Source: Desulfomonilia bacterium (GTDB taxonomy: Bacteria; Desulfobacterota; Desulfomonilia; UBA1062). From it: a stretch of 64,000 bases of DNA. The position numbers and the translations under genes were made by a program. The stretch lies in contig JBEKDT010000015.1 in NCBI GenBank assembly GCA_050014195.1, positions 64,953-128,952 of the forward strand, read 5' to 3'. The notes beneath the pieces are model-generated. The model saw only the letters and a list, made by a program, of their open reading frames with translations. It did no database searches and was not told the origin of the DNA. Of this stretch, positions 59,387 to 64,000 are shown piece by piece (within the stretch, counting starts at the first letter, position 1; each line of letters opens with the position of its first letter).

Positions 59387-60676
59387 ATGCCTGAATCAAT
59401 CAAAGGAAGTCGCATCTTAACGGTTGCAAGGTTATTTTTCCTGCTCGTCGTAATCCCCTTATTACTGATCGCTTCCCTCATTGCCTTCAGCATTTTCCAT
59501 CTTGGCGGCTTATCCAAAACAGGTACGATGAATGCTCTTGACAAGAAATCACAACAAGAGCTCAGTGTACGCGCAACTGATCTGGCAGAAAATATTGCCA
59601 CTTTCTTGCGCGAACGTCAGAGGGATGTGTTAACCTGCACAATCCTTCCTGCTACCCCGGAGACATACAAACAGTTCTTGGATACCAAGACATATGACTT
59701 CTGGGTTAAGAAAGATACGGGCATCGTAAAGGAACAGCTGCCATTATATGTGGAGATGTCACTCACTGATAACAATGGAAATGAGCTCATTAAAATTCAA
59801 GACGGGAAGATCGTTCCCAAGAAAGACTTGGTCAACGTGAGTAATCCCGCCAATACAACCTACAAGTCTGAGGATTACTTCCTCAAGGCAAAAGAGCTCA
59901 GCAAGGGTGAGTTATACATCTCTCATGTCACCGGGTGGTATGTTAACAAGGCTGAATTTGAGAAAGGGAAGAGATTTGAGGGGATTATCCGAATGGCAAC
60001 TCCGCTGTTCGACAAGCAGGGATTCATCGGGGTCATTACTCTCGCACTTGATTCAAGGGCCCTTGCCAAATATACGGATAACATCGTACCGACCGAGGCC
60101 ACGTATGTCATCAAGGCGGACGCCTCCACGGGAAACTACGCATTTATGGTTGATGACAGAGGGTTTGTTATCGCACATCCCAATGACTATCACATAGAAG
60201 GCCTCTATAAGGACGGTACTCCTGTCCCGCCCGTTACCTCGGCTATTTACGAGGAGATGAAGAAAAAGGGTGAAGAGGTGTTGAACCTCAATCAGCTCGG
60301 CGGCATTGATCCGGCCATGCCGGAGGTTGCCAAAGAAGCCGTTTCGGGCAAGTCTGGGATAAAGACCTATAATTTCGAAGGCCATACAAAGATAGTGTCA
60401 TATGCTCCCATACCTTTCTATTCAAAGGATTATCCGAAACCCTCCGGATTCGGGTGGGTTGGACTGGGTGTGGATGTTGAGAAGTTCAACGAGCAGGCCA
60501 AGATCGCTTCCGGGAAGGTAGAGAAGGAAGCCCAGGGATGGTTGACGACCATTATCCTGATCCTCTTCGGGGCAATGGTTATACTCTTCGGCATCGCAGC
60601 CATACTTGCAAAGGGAATCAACAGATCCATAGCATCCGAGGCCCCGCCAGGGACGCCGGATGATGATGAAGACTAA
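59387..60676 (+). CDS. Membrane-anchored Cache-domain protein lacking a cytoplasmic output domain
   Basis: TM - large periplasmic region (YF..A, YAFMVD..G.VIAHP, YAPI) - TM - short acidic tail. Confidence 0.7.
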   Translation: MPESIKGSRILTVARLFFLLVVIPLLLIASLIAFSIFHLGGLSKTGTMNALDKKSQQELSVRATDLAENIATFLRERQRDVLTCTILPATPETYKQFLDTKTYDFWVKKDTGIVKEQLPLYVEMSLTDNNGNELIKIQDGKIVPKKDLVNVSNPANTTYKSEDYFLKAKELSKGELYISHVTGWYVNKAEFEKGKRFEGIIRMATPLFDKQGFIGVITLALDSRALAKYTDNIVPTEATYVIKADASTGNYAFMVDDRGFVIAHPNDYHIEGLYKDGTPVPPVTSAIYEEMKKKGEEVLNLNQLGGIDPAMPEVAKEAVSGKSGIKTYNFEGHTKIVSYAPIPFYSKDYPKPSGFGWVGLGVDVEKFNEQAKIASGKVEKEAQGWLTTIILILFGAMVILFGIAAILAKGINRSIASEAPPGTPDDDED

Positions 60677-60701
60677 TTGAATAATTGAAGAGTACGTGTC
60701 A

Positions 60702-60733
60702 AGAAGGCCCCGTCTTTTACGACGGGGCCTTCT
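60702..60733. terminator. Bidirectional intrinsic terminator
   Basis: AGAAGGCCCCGTC/GACGGGGCCTTCT between convergent genes. Confidence 0.85.
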
Positions 60734-60750
60734 TATTTTATACGGCTCAG

Positions 60751-61542
60751 TCAATTATCCTTTAACCCCGGCATAAAGAAAATGTGCGGTTTCATGGAGA
60801 TCGGGTCTTTCCCCACTTCCACCCTGGTCCGGTATACATGTTCGATGTTTTCACGGGTAATCACCTCTTCCGGAGTTCCCTGGCTATGGATACGGCCATG
60901 ATCCAACAATGCGAGGGATGTGCAGTAGAGGCAGGCCAGGTTCAACTCGTGCAGGGTTACGAGCACGGTGAGCCCTTTTGTGCGTGAAAGGTCTTTTACC
61001 AGGTCCAGCAGCCTTATCTGGTGGCCGATGTCCAGGTGTGTAGTGGGCTCGTCCATGAGGAGTATCTCCGGTTTCTGGGCGAGCCCGCATGCCAGGAACA
61101 CACGCTGCATCTCTCCTCCTGAGAGCCTCTGGATACGTTTGTGTCTGACATCAGCAAGATCGAGCGTCTCCAGGGTCTCCTGAACGACCTCCCGGTCTTC
61201 GTGCGTGAACGGCATCATTCTGCCCCGATGCGGATACCTCCCCATGAGCACGTATTCTTCTACGGAAAACGGGAAGGACACCGAATGGACCTGGGGGATG
61301 AAGGCTGCCTTTCGGGCGAGCCTTTTCTTCGGCATTGAGCGTATGTCTTCATTGCCAAGGAACATGGACCCGCTCCAGGGCTTCAACAATCCGGATATGC
61401 ACTTGAACAGCGTGGTCTTGCCGCTCCCGTTGGGGCCTATGATACCGAAGATGCTCCCTTGGCTGACGTTCAATGAAACCCCGTCTACCACCCTCTGATC
61501 CTGGTATCCTACCGTAAGGTCTTGCACCAGTAGATGTATCAT
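60751..61542 (-). CDS. Cobalamin/iron-siderophore ABC transporter ATPase
   Basis: GPNGSGKT, LSGGEMQR, DEPTTHLD. Confidence 0.9.
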   Translation of the reverse strand: MIHLLVQDLTVGYQDQRVVDGVSLNVSQGSIFGIIGPNGSGKTTLFKCISGLLKPWSGSMFLGNEDIRSMPKKRLARKAAFIPQVHSVSFPFSVEEYVLMGRYPHRGRMMPFTHEDREVVQETLETLDLADVRHKRIQRLSGGEMQRVFLACGLAQKPEILLMDEPTTHLDIGHQIRLLDLVKDLSRTKGLTVLVTLHELNLACLYCTSLALLDHGRIHSQGTPEEVITRENIEHVYRTRVEVGKDPISMKPHIFFMPGLKDN

Positions 61543-62529
61543 CTAGATGACCTCCGGCGGAGATGCCTTGAGCAGGTAGAGCAGGAAGAAGACCCCGCCT
61601 GCGATCCCGGTAATCACGCCCACAGGGAGCTCATAGGGCCTTATGATGATCTGGGAGAGCGTATCACACAGCAGCAGGAATGTGCTCCCTGCAAGCATGG
61701 ATGCAAAAAGGAGCACCTGATGCTCAGCGCCGAAGGCCCTGCGCATGGCATGGGGTATGATAAGCCCTACAAACCCGATGATGCCGGAGACGGCCACACA
61801 TACCCCGGTGAGCAGTGAGGCGAGCCCGAGCAAAACGGCCTTGAGCACACCCGGAGAGAACCCCAGGAGGTGTGCCTTTTCATCCCCCAGGGAGATGAGG
61901 TTCATATCCCTGGCGAACAGGCTTAAGAGCAGAATAAGGGGGAACACGGTCAAGAGAAGCACGGGAGTCGATAGAGTATCGACGGAGCCGAGGCTGCCCA
62001 TGATCCAGAGGACTGATGCATGGACCTCGCGGGAGGTGGCTATGGTGAAGATGAACATCACCACCGAGGACAGGAGAAAGCTTAACACCACACCGCATAA
62101 GATGATGGTTGTGGTGGAGAAATCCCTGAAGGTGGACATGATGATCACCGCTCCTATGCTCATGAGGCATCCGGTAAAGCACAGGCCCACCATGGGCAGG
62201 CCCGAAAGCCCCAGCATGATGGCTATGGTTGCGCCGAGCGCCCCTCCTGCGGAGACCCCCAGGGTATAGGGCTCGGCCAGCGGGTTTCTCAGCACAGCCT
62301 GGAAGGCCACTCCGCATACTGCAAGGCTTGCACCCACGATAACAGCCCTGATGATTCGTGGAATGCGCAGCTCCCAGATGAGGGTGTGGATCGTGCCTTG
62401 TTGCCACGGATGGATCAGCGCATCGATGATTGCACCGGCCGGAAGCTCTGAGCCTCCCATGAAGACACCGAAGGCCAGTGCGCAGGTAAGCAGAAAAAAC
62501 AGAATGAGAAAGGAGGAGGTTCTACTCAT
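61543..62529 (-). CDS. FecCD/BtuC-type ABC permease
   Basis: RIPR, RNPLAEPYTLGVSAG, GIIGFVGLIIPH. Confidence 0.92.
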   Translation of the reverse strand: MSRTSSFLILFFLLTCALAFGVFMGGSELPAGAIIDALIHPWQQGTIHTLIWELRIPRIIRAVIVGASLAVCGVAFQAVLRNPLAEPYTLGVSAGGALGATIAIMLGLSGLPMVGLCFTGCLMSIGAVIIMSTFRDFSTTTIILCGVVLSFLLSSVVMFIFTIATSREVHASVLWIMGSLGSVDTLSTPVLLLTVFPLILLLSLFARDMNLISLGDEKAHLLGFSPGVLKAVLLGLASLLTGVCVAVSGIIGFVGLIIPHAMRRAFGAEHQVLLFASMLAGSTFLLLCDTLSQIIIRPYELPVGVITGIAGGVFFLLYLLKASPPEVI

Positions 62530-63389
62530 AACATGCCGGGGTAGAGCAGGGCTAATACTGCTTTATATCCCTTCAGGTACATGACCGGTGTGGGCTGACA
62601 GACCAGGTTTGCAGAGATCTCGTAGACCCTTTTATCATTAACCGCCTTGATAGTGTCGAATCTGTCCCATACACTATGACCGGAGCCGGAATCCATCTGG
62701 TTCACCACCACAATGACATCCGGGTTACGCTTGATGACCTCTTCGGCATTCACCCTTGGATAGTGCATGGGCGCATCTCCAAATATATTGATGCAGCCTG
62801 CCCTGCGGATGAGCTCGCCTGAGAAGGTGGCATCATTCGCGCTCACAAAAGGATTCTCACCGAGCTGCCAGAACACCTTCAGTTGTTTCTGCACCCTGAT
62901 CTTAGCCTGTATCCTTTCCATCTCGGCCCGAACCTTGTTGAGGACCTCCCCGGCCTGTTGAGACCTCCCCAGCATGGCGCCCAGGTCCTTGAAGGTTGCG
63001 CACATGCACGGGAAGCTTTCGCACCCATTGAACACATGTATCCTACACCCCAGCTTCTTAAGAGCCTCCACGTCCGACTTGCTGTTGCAGTCCGTGCTCG
63101 CCAGCACGAGCTGTGGCCGCAGCGAGTAGGTTTTCTCGATGTTGATGCGCGCAGGAGACCCCACCATTTCTTTCGTTGAACCTGCCATATCCGGGGTATA
63201 ACTTGTCACACCTATGAGCAAACCCTCGGCGCCAAGGTCATAGATCTCCCTTGTGATGTTGGGCGCCAGTGAAACTACCCTTTGGGGAAGCTGGTCCCGG
63301 CTGTAGGAGTCCGATGGGATGATGAGAAACAGAGAGGAGATCACCATGATCATAAACAAGATAGGTCCGGCATGCATCAGCTTTTTCAT
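62526..63389 (-). CDS. BtuF-like periplasmic binding protein
   Basis: RVVSLAPNIT, AGCINIF, EEVIKRNPDVI. Confidence 0.88.
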   Translation of the reverse strand: MKKLMHAGPILFMIMVISSLFLIIPSDSYSRDQLPQRVVSLAPNITREIYDLGAEGLLIGVTSYTPDMAGSTKEMVGSPARINIEKTYSLRPQLVLASTDCNSKSDVEALKKLGCRIHVFNGCESFPCMCATFKDLGAMLGRSQQAGEVLNKVRAEMERIQAKIRVQKQLKVFWQLGENPFVSANDATFSGELIRRAGCINIFGDAPMHYPRVNAEEVIKRNPDVIVVVNQMDSGSGHSVWDRFDTIKAVNDKRVYEISANLVCQPTPVMYLKGYKAVLALLYPGML

Positions 63390-63557
63390 ACGTGCATCAT
63401 AATCTATACCCAGATCCTGATGGCAGGCAAGGAGTTCGGTGAGCTTAATTTATGGAGGAGCAATAACGAAATAAAAAGAAACATTTTGTTATCCTCACCA
63501 TTGTCATTCCAAATTCAGTTGAGCAATACTTGTGACTGCGCTTTCTTATCCCTATAT

Positions 63558-63922
63558 GTCATTCCTGCGGAAGCGGGAATCTAGTTAATCTTTATTGTGA
63601 CTTTCTTTTTGTGACACAATTCGGCAGGATAGCCGAATTGGACGCACTTCACGTGCGCCCGAAGGGCGAAGGCCATGGATGGCCTGAGTCAAAAAGAAAG
63701 TCACCAAAGAAAAGGCACCCCACTGAACCCGCCCTAAAGGGTCCGTTCGCTCGCTTGGAAAATCCGGGCCGCGTCGAAATTTCTTCAGGATAGAAGAAAT
63801 TGACGCACCGAAGGTGCGCCCGTAGGGTGAGGGACAGGGATGTCCCGAGTCAAACTCGCTTCACTTTGCTTATTGTTCATTTCTTTGCTTGCCCAAAGAA
63901 ATGAACCAAAGAAAGGGCACCC
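63558..63922. repeat. Nested palindromic REP/MITE-like units
   Basis: Two gacgcac..gtgcgcccg.agggyga..gagtcaaa units and two tttctt..ccaaagaaa..gcaccc units. Confidence 0.6.
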
Positions 63923-63923
63923 G

Positions 63924-63980
63924 GTACAGTCTATAGACATAGGTGACACTTTCGTAAAGAGACATGGGTAACACTTTTTT
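63924..63980. mobile_element. Possible IS end (IS481-like) at the window edge
   Basis: Two spaced repeats GACATAGGTGACACTTT / GACATGGGTAACACTTT; no transposase visible in the window. Confidence 0.3.
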
Positions 63981-64000
63981 TGGGGTATGAGTGCCTTGAA

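Noticed and set aside
23944-62407. Many long antisense or alternate-frame ORFs (e.g. 23944-24648, 32297-33127, 39626-40330, 42780-43484, 61745-62269)
   Set aside because: They overlap well-supported genes and are expected by-products of GC-rich codon usage.
63390-63560. Cobalamin riboswitch upstream of the btu-like operon
   Set aside because: I could not identify the conserved B12-box elements by eye; an Infernal/Rfam search would settle it.

Overview
Bacterial chromosome segment; gene content suggests an anaerobic Desulfobacterota/Syntrophales-like organism (inference). Bases 1-7050 are a decaying defence island: type I hsdR with an in-frame amber stop, an M48 peptidase, fic, a pseudogenised BREX pglZ 5' end and a membrane-anchored Mrr-like nuclease. 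The main result is a 13.6-kb integrated element at 7051-20656 with both ends visible. It has a duplicated CT core with inverted-repeat arms, two tandem serine recombinases, a candidate rep/iteron origin and a phage head module (TerL, portal, scaffold, major capsid, gp7/gpF minor head), but no recognisable tail, neck or lysis genes. It splits a secreted matrixin-type metalloprotease gene, and excision would rebuild that gene in frame. The recombination site also lies in the last codons of the integrase, so the circular form would encode a 26-aa longer integrase. To the right are toxin-antitoxin remnants and REP/MITE repeats. The rest is housekeeping: cobB-aroE, def-fmt-rpe, CoA-transferase, an oxidative-stress cluster, tRNA-Leu, rpmB, relA/spoT, proS, ispG, rplM-rpsI-argC, a sigma54 two-component system facing a solo atpE, and a Btu/Fec-like ABC transporter. 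Product calls come from motif recognition by eye; no database searches were run.
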